Shown piece after piece: positions 38,457 through 51,500 of a stretch of DNA of 64,000 nt. Source of the DNA: Tubulanus polymorphus. Taxonomy: Eukaryota; Animalia; Nemertea. The stretch covers positions 24,050,950 to 24,114,949 of the forward strand of contig NC_134029.1 of the NCBI RefSeq assembly GCF_964204645.1, given 5' to 3'. The translations under genes were made by a program, and so were the position numbers. How positions within the stretch are numbered: the first letter of the stretch is position 1; each line of letters begins with the position of its first letter. Below the pieces are notes generated by a model, which saw nothing but the letters and a program-made list of their open reading frames with translations, had not been told where the DNA came from and did not search any database.

Positions 38457-38491
38457 GTTCGGGAACATTCGGGAACGTTCCGAAACGTTAC
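38457..38491. promoter_or_regulatory. Heat-shock element (5 perfect alternating nGAAn units plus 2 imperfect)
   Basis: gTTCg gGAAc aTTCg gGAAc gTTCc gAAAc gTTAc, just upstream of the arfaptin first exon. An ETS/CRE-like cacttccgctgacgtaa lies at 38401. Confidence 0.7.
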
Positions 38492-39513
38492 GTAAATTTT
38501 AGCGCCTTAACGGAGTTTAGTTCCACAATATGGATTACAATTTTACAATGTAAATACTATTTACTAAATAATGGCCGTTATGAAATATTTTTAAAAATTC
38601 GATTTAAAAAAATACTACGTAATACTTTTGCCTCCGTTCAACTGCATGGAGATTAACTTCTTGAGCTTTTACACACACGCCGTGAGGGAAACGTGCCCTC
38701 TAGAGACTAGTTCTAGTGGCGTTGAAGACAAGGCACGCAACGAAAAAATGGATATGGCTCTCATTGAGGAACGCTCCAGTATTTGGCTCGGGTATGATAT
38801 TCTTCCGGGATTTTGAATAAAACTGAAAAGAAACGTTTAAAAAAGGTATTCTACGCGTAGATACTTTTTTCCTACAAATACCACGATTGAATGAAGTACA
38901 TACTTTTGAAGGATTTCATGTTTTCAATTGAAGAAAATCTCCCTAAGTCTACCATGAAATACCGTAGAAAATTCTGAATGAGATGAATTAACTGAATTAT
39001 AGTGTCTTTCTTAACCTAGAAAAAAAATCATCAACGGATCGATGGAAATCAGACAATTTGACAAAATGCCATTGTATAACGTATGATGGCATCCTAGTCG
39101 GCATGCAGTGCGCCAGCAGCAGATCTAAATTCTGCTCGTTGCGTATTTCACCCGAGTTGACGCTCATTCGATCGTGTTTGCTGCTCGCGCAAACTGGCAG
39201 TTTCGAGAGGCGCAGCAGCTACACTCAGTGTTGAAGTGCAGTATGGTTGATAACGGAATATTTCTGAACTATCATCATGATCAGGATAAACAGGTAGGCA
39301 ACATCATCATGCTCATATCATCTCGATGAGTATACTTACTATCTTTGAGCAAGAAATGGTGACTGATGGTAGATATGTCGCAGCAATGCAACATATCACC
39401 ACTAACACCGACCTGGTTTTTATGAGTTGAAAACATTAATAATGCTTCCATAAATCAGTAGAAATTACACATTAGAGCCACTGATCTTTACAGTAACAAT
39501 TGCTAGCCATCGA

Positions 39514-42500
39514 ATGCGAAGTGTGCACGCCATGAAAATGTTTAGAATCGTATTTCAACTACCGTTGTTGTTACTCTGGAATTTGTCTGCATTGTGGACG
39601 ATCGTGGATTGCTCAATGAGCCCTTTAATGGATGGTTACACTAAAGAACTGGAACGAAGACAATATGATAAGTTCCAACGTCCTGATGAAGGTAAAACAG
39701 TTATTTACCATTCGATGCTTTATCTGTTCAGATTATTCGTATCTTTGAAATTATATCCATTATTTTAGGAAGACCAACTGTAGTGAAAATCCGCATATAC
39801 ATCAACAGTATCAGCTCTATCAATGAAAGGTCTATGGTATGTAAATTGTAAATATTTATATATAAATGATTTGAATTAACGGACATAAACAGGAGAACTG
39901 CCATTGCATCTTTTGGTTTTCAAGGATTTGGATATTGATTATTTCCTGGAGCGACAATGGACTGATCCCAGATTGAGAGATATGTCACACGATCAAATTA
40001 CAGCGGAAACACCGTTAGTCAGTCGATTGTGGCTCCCCCACGTGTATTTCATCAATACTAAAACGTCAAGGTTTCACAATGTCGTAACGGCGAATAGGGA
40101 TATACAGATTTACCCTGATGGATTTGTTGAGGCTAGTTACAGGTAATACTAACTCAATCTACTCAATATTTCCCGCTAGTTAGGTTAGATATAGTGTCTA
40201 AAATCATCGTCTAACTTTGCGTTCTTAGGGTCACAGCTAAATTGAGTTGCCCAATGGATCTAAAAAAATTTCCAATGGACCAGCAAACGTGTAATCTAGA
40301 AATGGAAGCAGGTAATTAAATTCGTTTTTCGAATTTATGCTCATAAGACAAGTTTTCGCCATATTTTGATGTCTTTTCAGGCTATGCTAGCGATACGTTA
40401 CAGTTCAAATGGGTCGACGACGTTACAAATCGTATTGAAGTAAATCAACGAATCAATACTAGTTTGCCAAAATTCTACCTTCTATCTACTGGAGCCCTGG
40501 AATGCCAGGAACACTTTCGCCGAGGTATTTTTTGCTCGAACATATTTTTCTGTTAGACGTAAAAGTAATTCTAAACACAAACACACACATAGTCTAATAG
40601 ACCAATTAAGTGTTGTGTGGGTGTATTCGTAATATCACACCTAGCTACACAAATGTAGTAAACTTTACTTAATCACTCTATTTGCAAAGAAATCCATGAA
40701 ATATATCTTGTGAATTTCAATGATGCCTTTAACCTGGTATCGTATAGTTAAAATGTCATCTCATGAAAATGAATTGGCTTATCGCAGCGCCTTCACACGA
40801 GGTAGTGGATCACGAAGACGATTTATCCGCTCATTTCAATGGTAATTGTAAATGTAGTCATCATTAGTTTTCAGTTGATATTTAATTGGGTTTAAATCTT
40901 ATGGTGCATACAATCAACTTTAGCATTCAGGAACGGATCAGTTTTCTATAAGAGGATGTATGAAACGAACGATTCATCGAGATGCATTTGAAAAAAGCAG
41001 TAATCCTTGTTCCGTCTGTTAATGATTGCCGTCTCCGAAATCCCTCCAACTATTTCAAAAACATTTGAATATTTCTTAGATAGTTTTTACCTTTCGTTTC
41101 AAAATGTAGTGAAAATCTCTTGCACTAATATATACTCTTTCTACGTGTTGTTTGTTATTTCTGTTTTGTTGAAATGTGATCTAGAGTTAACGTTATTTCT
41201 GTTTGTGTAGACTATGGTTGTCTGTTATCTGAGTGTTTGTAATATATAATCGCATAGAATTAGAATCTGAATCGTTGTGTGCATTTCAGTTGCTCTGATA
41301 AACCGCGCGACTTTCGTCACAATGAAAAGTAGTACGTAGATAGTGGATTGCCTCGATTTTTACTTTTACTACTTTATCACTCACTAAAAAATAACAAATG
41401 TCCTTGGTTGATAGGTTTTACGTCGTTTTAAAATTTGGTTAGGATTTTGCTTACTGTGTCATAACCTCGTCACTATAATATCTCTTTTTTCAAGCGCTGC
41501 TGCCGTGGTCTATATATCACTGATATATACTGGCTCCATTTTAAATTTGCTTTTCAAACGTCTGTCCTTCTGGTTCTAACAGCGTTCAACGCAGATTCCG
41601 TAACATGCTTGTTTTCTTCTATTAGGACATAAAACTTGTTTATGTGATGGAACAAATATATGATAAATAGAATAATGATAAAGTGACATGAATTGTATTT
41701 TCATTCACTAATACGTCTATATTTCAGCGAATCACAGCTGTTTACGAATGTCGATCCATCTTCAACGTCAGTTCGGATTCTACCTTATACAGGTTTACAT
41801 TCCGAGCATTTTCATCGTAGTCGTCTCGTGGCTTTCATTCGCGTTGAATATTGACGCCGCTCCAGCTCGTACTTCGATCGGCTTTCTGACACTACTCAAC
41901 ATCACAAGTCTCCACGGAACTGTCGATTCGTCCATACCGAAAGTATCGTACCTAAAGGCGATTGACATCTGGTACAGCGCTTGTGTGTTATTCGTATTTG
42001 CGGCATTATTTGAGTTCGCCATAGCGAATTCAGTGTTCCGTTACTACAGACACAAAAAGCACAAGGAGATCATGGTAAAGATAACACAATATCGTCTTTA
42101 CACATTGAAGTGCTATTCGAGCCATCCTCATTAACCCAAACACCCCATTCTTATTCAAACTTTGAACAATCACTTCTTTTTCAATATTTCTAGTTTCTTT
42201 TCGATACTTTTAGATGAAAAAGAAATGCGAGGTCGGTAAAATAACCGTGATGAATCTGGCGTCTTATTCTTTGATCAAGAACAAGAACGGTACGGATAAA
42301 AACAACCGAAAAACGGACACGGATAACGGTGACGGAATTGCGGGAGAAAGCGTAGCTTTAACTGGAAAACGGAAGCTGAGATTGAGGAAACAGGCGCTGC
42401 CACCTCAAGAGCATAATACGACCGGTTCTGAAGAGGACTGCATCACTTGTAAGGAGACCGCATCCAGAATTGACTTGGCCAGTATTTTCACGTTCCCGTT

Positions 42501-42561
42501 TTTATTTCTCGTATTTAACGTAGTCTATTGGATTATGTATGGTGAACACATTTCATTATAA
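39514..42561 (+). CDS. Glycine-receptor-like anion-selective Cys-loop ligand-gated ion channel subunit (7 coding exons)
   Basis: Exons 39514-39691, 39769-39836, 39925-40142, 40229-40311, 40381-40524, 41728-42074 and 42214-42561. It has a signal peptide, WTDPRL, Cys loop CPMDLKKFPMDQQTC, a loop-C C-x10-C, M1 YLIQVYIPSIFIVVVSWLSF, M2 PAR, M3 KAIDIW and M4 RIDLASIFTFPFLFLVFNVVYW. The start could be ATG 39514 or 39532. A probable non-coding exon ends at ~39293. Confidence 0.93.
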
Positions 42562-45500
42562 GATTACAAGAAAGAGTTGTTATTATCCTTGATATCGATG
42601 TGTCGTGTACATACATGATGTATATAAATGACAGTGTTCTTTGTAAACTGAGATTCTACGTATGTAATACTATGCTTTACAATTACCTTTTGCCTAATCC
42701 TCATCAATAAACTGATTTCTAGCAAAACGCATGTCATTTTGTGTCCCTCGATCGAAGCCTGGAAATAAGATAGGAGTATTGAAACACTTTAGTTCTCGTT
42801 TTGATGCGCCGCTACTAAAAAGTTTTTAAGATGTCAGAATTGAGCATGACGCGTCGAACAAACTGAGACCGACTCTGGCAGTCGGGGATGTCGGGTTTAA
42901 AAATGGGGCTAATCAAGCGATGACAGCGGTGATAAATCGATGCTTACCCATAGATTAGGGCTGAACATGTTCTCAGGGGATTACATGATGGGTTGATCCG
43001 GTAGTCACGAGAGTGGATGATACCATTCCAGTAATTGCGGTGTTTTTTTTTCTACGCTACTGATGACAAGGGTGTCGTTTATACCCGTGACATTTTGTGT
43101 GTACTTTCATGGCTGACTTTCGGCTTACGAAACGGGCGAATTTTTAAACAATTTGATTAATGATTCGCTATCCAATGATGCACGTTTCATACGAACAGTC
43201 GAAGACCTCTAACAATAATTGTGCATGATCGCAGACATTACCCGCAATTTTCCACCATCCCTTTTATCATTTCTCAAGCTATCATTTGGTTTTAATAGCA
43301 AATCATCCTTATAATATACAATTATCATTTTACAGCCCTCAATGAAAATAACGCCGTTAAAATTGATTTCATTCACACAGTTCGTATCATGGATGATGAT
43401 CAGAAGGCGCGTCTTATTGTTATTACTGATGCTAATTTGATAGTGGGTTTGGGAAAGTACGCCTTCGGGGATGACATCGTCAATTTCCTTATTCGTCAAA
43501 GGAATACAAACTCTCGCTGAATTATTGCTTCGGTTTATCTGGAGAATCTTTTGAGGAAATGCCGTGGGCATCAATCGTTTAAATGAGTTTTTAAATTCGT
43601 GTAACACGCGGCCGCTGGGATAATTAAAACGAATTGACTTGCATAGTGTGCGCTATGTTGATTCTTCTAAGGACTCTAAGCTCAACTGATCCTAAATTTG
43701 CGTGCGTTCAGTAATTATGAGTTTTATCTCGATCGTGGCATCTCGAAGGATTCGCTCTCCTCCGGTGTGAGGATACTCTCTCGCCGACGAGCGATACACA
43801 TCGCCAAGAAACGCGAGAATTATGATCATCGCGATTCATATCAATTCATCTCGTTATATTAGTTATATTACAACAACATTAATACATTAAACGCATATGC
43901 AACGCGAACCAATCTATTAACGTGTCTTAGAGAATAAACTACTAATCAAAACTTCATTTGGAGGCCAGATACAAACAGACAAAAACGGAATTTATTGCGA
44001 AAAATATCTCTGCATAAATCTACGTAACTTCGCTCGTTTAACATGAAGATAAAACTGGAATGTATTATTACACTTACATCTATTGCAACATGTTTAAAAC
44101 ATAAACATTCTCAGCACCTAACCCCTTCCCCCCCCCACCGTTCGGTTCCAACCAAATCAAAAACGAACCCACCCAAATATTCCTTACGATACGTTTCTAA
44201 CATTCCTTCTTACTGGATTCATACATGTGCGTATATACATACTCATAATGTGGACAGGACATGATGCCCTCTAAGAAGTCTCTACCCTGTTATACGATTA
44301 ACGCGAACTTTCCATCAACCACTCGGAAACTGAGGTCTCGATTCCAGATGACATTGCTATGTATTTAATTGATCGCCCGGTTTACTTATGAACAAAGCAC
44401 CGGGAGACGACTGTCTACGGACGGTTGATGATGTTTGAATGTTTTCCAATCAATAGAGGATTGCCAGCCACTTGTTGATGCAGCAGAATATCGACAACAG
44501 ACCAGCGATGTTTCCTGATGGGAAACAATCAATTGAAATATTCGTGGATCCGCAAACTAAAAAGCTATAGTTTTTTTGCCGTTAAGCTACTTGCCATCTG
44601 ACTTGTAAATGTCACCCGTTGTGCTCTTAAGTTTTCATCTAAATCATGAGCGATTTGCACCGAGTTATTCATAAGGTTCATTGGGTAAATTACTATTACT
44701 ACATCGCAAATAACATCGATACATAAAACGTTTCGTATACACATTTTGTTCGTGCCACTAAGTACTTAAGCCATCAGTCAAATTATATGATATATGCTTA
44801 TTTATTTCTGTCAATGTGTCTGCTGTTGTTAGAAAATAAACCATTGTTTCCCTCACTTGCTATAGGCCTATAACTATGTAGGAAAATTGATCGTGAAATG
44901 AGATATTGTATATGAGGAACAGTTGGAGAACCTGAGAGCGCCAGAGTCAGTTTCCCGCGCACGCGATATGCCGGCCAAATGTTGGTTTTAAGTGCAATGA
45001 TAGTTTTGTCGGATTCGTTATAATTATATGATACGCAAAGCATCGCATCTCTACGCGTGGTGCTATAAGTATATGTGTGTGTGCGGTAATGCCACCGTTC
45101 CTCGAGGTGTTTCCCATTCATTATCACTGCCAGCTGATTCTATAAGACGACGAAATCTCCACCGGAATGACGTTTACTGTTTTGTGCTGAGAATATCGGT
45201 ATCACCGCCGTATATTTGGTAAGTCGGAAAATGTCTTTCGCTGTCGAATGTATTATCATCAGTATTCGATAACTTGCAAACCAACACCAGAGTTAGATTT
45301 AGTCGAGATCATTTTCTTTCATCACGCGTTCTGCTGCCTGATTCAAATTCATTAACAATCGACATTTCGGAAGTAAATAATAAACTTTAGCTGTAAATGA
45401 GGCGATAAAAATAGATGTAGTTTTCGTCACATCCGACGCTTAACGGTTCGACTTTTTGACTCGGCTCATTTTATGTCTCGTGTCATACGTCATTTTCCTG

Positions 45501-48500
45501 TCTGCGGTAATAAAGTGTCTTCTTCCAGATAATTGAACGTCGATATTACGCAATTAGTTTCCTCCCTTGCGACTCGGTTGAATGCGTGATCTTAGCCAAA
45601 CCTGCTGTAATTTTTCGCTCGTATATAGGTTCTCAGTGTAGTGCCAAATGACTGAGGTAATTTCGACCAGAGCTGTACCAACAACGAATGAAGGCGTCAG
45701 GCGACATTTTAATACTCTAGTATTCAAATATTTGCTATCGAAGAAATATCAGATTATCGCGTTGTCTTTGTTCGTGTTGGTTGTTGTGAAATTTGAAGGT
45801 CTGATTTTTTCTGGAAATCCGAACTCATTTTAGATGGGCGAACATCTAGTCCATTTACAATTAAGATTCATGTGATGCAATCTAAATAGTATATTTGATA
45901 GATTTGATTGTTTTTAGATATGTTGTAAACATGCAGAGTAGATTTTCTACATGAAATATGTCGCATCATATCAGTAATAATACTCCGAAAAATATTGTGA
46001 CCTTGGATTTCACTAAAATTATTATTTGGCCCTGGTTTTTGCGAGAGAGCGCGAGAGGTAACTGTGACCGCTAGTCGACCACCATTACTGTATCATGCAA
46101 TATGCCGGGATAGTAGTTCATTATTGAACATGCGTTAAATTGGACAGCCAATTACACACATTTCATCAGTTATTGATGGGAATCGCTTCGTCTTGAGCTG
46201 TTTTTCTTCGATTTACAATGTAATGACTTGTACGAAAACTCTCTCATCTGGCCACGGGTTCACACAAGAATACGCCATCATTTCGGCGGTAATTAGTCGG
46301 TCGGCTTAGTTAAGGAAATTACATCCCGTGTGAGTAAATATATTCGACGGCTATGATTAAGCTTACGTTCACGTCAGTGTTTGTCCTGTGCCATCCAGAA
46401 TTTCCGAACTGACGGAATTAACTGCATTGGTACAGTGTCTGAATTGCAGATGTGGTAAACGGAAGGGATTTCGCTTTTCGACGTTTTAGACAAGGCGACG
46501 ACCTAGTGTAAATATTAAAACCCGTGACGCGCTGACTGGCGATATTCGGGTTAAACAGTTCTTTCGAGTATTTTATAGTTTAATGGATGAATAAGGGAGG
46601 GGGATGAGTCGGGAGCCATTAGGATGCAACGAATACTTTTGAGACGATTGATGTCATTTTCTGCTGTTGTTGCTGCTGCTGCTATATACAAGGGTACAGA
46701 TACTTGTATCCCATTAATGATGCAAATTCGTCATTCGCTTCGTGTCTAGCTGTTTGATGAAGAGTGTTTGCAAAATGAGAGAAAAAAATAATCCATGACT
46801 GAACAAACAAAAGCGCCGACGAAAACCGGATATTTGATCAGTTCCGGACGGCGTGTATTCTATTGTTATCATGACACATTTCTATATTCTGTATCAATCA
46901 ATGAGGCGGAAATCTCATTAGAAACCTCATCAACTGAATTATATATCATTCGTCAAATCGATTTACTGCGAGCGAGAATGAAAGTAAAAAATGTTGTAGT
47001 TAAACAATGTTCATTACTCAGACTCTCGCAGCGGGAATATTGCTGATTTTATGTTGTCCACTTTTTAAACACCGCAGTACATTTTGGCGCAGCAGATACC
47101 GGGTAAATTGTTCATCGTTAAAATGTCATTTTCAAGTCGGTGCTGATGTTGTAAAAACTGAAACTAACATTGATCTGATCTATAGCCAACATTTGAAACT
47201 GAAAGGAACATAAATGGTCGCGGTTAACGACGACGGACGTCACACAGTGTCCACGGGCTTCATATTGGCTGACATGGAGCTATCTTATCGCTTGCACATG
47301 GCAGTAAATTGGCGATATGTGACGTCATGTGCCTGACTTTGACATGTATTATAGAATAATTTTAATTTGCCGCACACATCGACTTGAAATACGCATTCAG
47401 TTACAGTTGCGAAAGTGGTCCAATCACCTGTCCTTATTCAAATGAGAGGCCTGGACTGTATGTCACTTCACTTTCACTTTAGTCAATTAGACCTGAATGT
47501 TGAGTGAATGTTCTCTCTTTCTGTTGAAGTTAGTGTCACTTCCGTATTACAGATTATATGTGTTTAAAAACTAGGGGCCTGTTTGTTTCACAGAACGACA
47601 CGAACATGTCAAGTACCATCAGTATTCACGTGTATGACCATCTAAAAAAGGGTCCCCTGTCTATTGTTCAATGTGTGTAGCTTTAATTCTCACAGTAACG
47701 AAAAGTTGCCGCACAATGAACCGATTGACAGAGAGTTCTATTGAGGTTGTCGACCGGTGATTGATGGAAATCGATGATAACAATCCTCTCGCTTTCAGTG
47801 ATCAGCTTCATAATCAGCGACGCATTGATTCGAATCCTGATATTTGAACGAGTTGTTTACATTACATCCATCGCGAAATCAGATGCACATTCACGCGTAA
47901 TAATGCGTTTGGAAGGGAATTTCGACGCATAGTTTCAGGTTAGTGGCAAATGAACGTTCAAACGTTTACACAGTTCAAACGAAAGCCGGGTTGCGGTTTT
48001 ACAACGTTTTGTTAATGAAGGTCTATAGAGAGGGGAACTATACGTCGTTTTGATGGGTAAATTAACCTGATTTAGACGTGATTTTTGACTGATTGTTATA
48101 ACATAATTCGTTTGTTTTAGCACAATTCCACTGAGGTAGTTTAAATTGATTGATAAATAAGCAATATGTCTGCCACTTGGGATAGATACTCATAATGATG
48201 GTTATCAATCATTTTTCATTCGTTTTAGTCGCGGAGACTATTACTCCCAGTTGCGTCGATAGTCGGGGGAAAATTGTGCGACAATGTTGACAATAAAATG
48301 AGTTCGCGGTTGAGTATCATTAAGTCCCCTTATAAAGATCAGTTGAATATACGCTTTTATCAAAATTAAGGTTCTGCAATTTCGGTTTCTCTATCGCTCT
48401 TAAAGATAGTGATATTAACGATAGAAACATATTTTGACGTCATAAAATGTACGTATGATATTTTCCGCATTATCTTGCAACTGATGTAACACCCGAGGCC

Positions 48501-51500
48501 ATGTAGCACATTGAATATGCCTCCGATGCAACAAAGTACTAGTCTATACAAACCGAATTAGTTATCACTAAGCCACGAGGCTCTCGGAATTTATTAACGA
48601 TGTTCTGGAGCACCATAAATGAAATATTAGAAAAACGCTAGAAACCGATGCCTAACAGCTAAATCGCGACACGGGCCACGATATTTCATTACATTTATAT
48701 CGAATCCCGTTGGGTCCGATGAGTTTCTTGAACTGTAAATTCAAAACTTTTTCCTCGGGATATTCATAATTGAATTCGCGTGTACCCGAGACGCTTTCAT
48801 CTTACATAGATTATGTATTATTTATGAATGTTCTAACGCGACGCCGTGACGGATATTTTCGTTGAAATTAGATAATTACTAGCGAAGGATAGGAATACAT
48901 GTCGTTATCTTATTTCAGTCAGTATCTTATTTTTGAATTCACTGGTTTGAAGTTACGTTTATCCAGGGACACCCTCAGCACACACATCCCGATCGTATCC
49001 TCGAGGCGCTTATGCAAATCGGAGCTCTTCATTTTAGGGTTTTCAGATTCTAAATTAATTTTCTTTCAAGTTGTGCCGTTGGACGTCGTCGTATTCTGAG
49101 ACGGTGGCTATTAAAAATGATCTCGTTACACGTTCATCTATTTCCCCGCAGGGAACGGTGACAGAAAAAAAAATCAACTGTGGTTAAATTGTCTGTTGCC
49201 GCTGTTCGCGCAAAAACAGTTTTCGTTTTAGATAAATGTAATTTAGTAACCGGTATGCTGTGAACGCACCCTTGCACACCTATAAATATTCAATGATTAG
49301 ATATCGAAAAATACCCTCGATATTTTTTTGCGAGGCGATTTTTTTTCGAATATCTCGATAACAGCATGAGAATATTCTATGTTAAAACTTCACCAATATT
49401 CCTTACTCATTCCGGCGTAGGTGATATATTTCTATGTAAGCTAATGAATATTACTGCGTTCCGTGTGTTTGAAATTAAATTATTCGATTTCATAATATGT
49501 AATAATAGACAGATAGCGGCTGAATTCCCCTCAGATCAATTCTCAATTTGCCCCGTCAGACAGGAATTCACAGCATCATCCAGTAATTATAAATGTCGTA
49601 CGGATTGCTGAAGCGAATTTGTTGCGTGTGAATTTATGGTTGAATGGATATCGTGTTGTAGATGAATTCCGTATCGGTTTCAACACGTGATGAAATGTGA
49701 AAAATACATCATTTTGTATTGTTCTATTGTACGAATCGCGTCTCCCTCGCGAGGTGTATAAAACGAATACAACTGATGAACCTTATCAGATCTCCTCAAG
49801 CTATTGATATCTCGGATGATTGTATTTTGTATGATCGCGTTGACGCTGAGTAGAGATTATTAGCCATCATCAAAGCTGGTGCGTGCAGTTGGATGCTGCG
49901 CAGAATCATGCTGCAGACTCTGAAAGAGACGTTGTAGTAACCTGCAACATCTCGGGCTGTGTTCTACGATCGCAATATTCACGACCAGACTGTTTTATAC
50001 GCAACGAGCATTTACTTCGTCTACAACTACGGAATATAAATTCTGCTTCGAACGACATAAAAGAGTCGGTCGCAGGATACAGCAGCGACGGGACGATCTG
50101 CAACCTGCTGAATGCGGTAACAAACTCTACGCCGGATTTCGGTTCGATTATCGACCAGATATTTTCTCGATATCGCTCCGGGTGAACGATCTGAAAACAG
50201 GTTTCTGTCTCGGATAATTCACCGGCTTTTGGTCGGTGATTATCTTTACTTATAAACGATATCCTCGTATCCTGAGAGCTCGCGGCCAGGGACCGATTGT
50301 CTGGGATACATATTATCCGTGCCTATTAAGGTAAGCAAATTTTCTCCCGATTGTCATCACTTTTATCATGCTTATCATCGAATCTAGCGACACGGTTAAC
50401 ATTCGTTTAGACAGCAATTATTATCTACACGCCACTTAAGTCGTAGCCATTATTTGCTTCTTGGTGAACATTATCTCTAAGCGCCAATCTTTTCGATCAT
50501 TATTATATGTATGTAGCTTCTCACTGGGAACTGTTTACTTTGTTCTTATTTCTCTATGTGTGACGTACACAAACATTCACATATATATATATATATTTAT
50601 ATATAAATATATTCAAAATACTTTGTACATTCACTACATGTTGAGGGATTAAGGAAGCACGTATTGGACCAATAATAACAGATGCTATAAATCACACGAA
50701 ATCGAATGAACTGGTTACAGTAACGACTGTTCTTACTAATATGGTATAGATAATGAACAACCTAGCAGGCTCTAGTTCTCATATTGCTCAACCATTTGTC
50801 AGTAACAATTAACAAGATGAAGTTAATGTGACAATTGCCGGTGCTATGTCGATCTCGTTCAGTTCTACCAATGAAACAAATCGGTGAAGTGTACATTCTA
50901 TACCATTGCACTTGTGTACACTTATAGCTTGAACGTTTAATTATTGATTCGACGAATACTAAAATTGAGAGCACTTCATGAAAATCAATGATGATTTAGT
51001 TGACGAGTTGCTGAGCAGCAGTTTTTTTTATTTACAGTTACTTTTCGCCGTGAAAGTTCCACCTAAAATCCTGTATAATGATTAGCCATTAACTCTGAAA
51101 ATGTAAGCATTGAGATGCGGTATGTAAATGCGATCTAATATACGCCATGAGCTCTTCACGTCGCCTCGACTGCTTTAACGAAGCCTAATACGAGTTCACG
51201 AGTCCCCGGGGCAAGTTTGACTAGTCGTGATCGCGAGTCTTCCTTTCCTGTGTATCGATCTTAATAATGCTATTGCGACTCGAGTGAAATTAAGTTAAAA
51301 CGTCTGTCATCTATATTCTAATAGCGACGTTTTCGCTGTAAGAGGTGAATCCTTGTCATATTGATACCCCTCGTGAAGCCGCAAAAACGGTGTCGTCGCT
51401 AATGTTGCCTGACAGCTCGATGTGTAGTTATCTTTTTGTCGTAGAAACATCATTTTATTCACAAATCAACCATGACGCTAAGAGCCACTTTCCCAATAAA

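Noticed and set aside
43209-43607. 132-aa minus-strand ORF and the other 60-130 aa ORFs in 0-7.5 kb and 43-64 kb
   Set aside because: No recognisable domains, splice context or coding-like composition; this is the expected background in AT-rich DNA.
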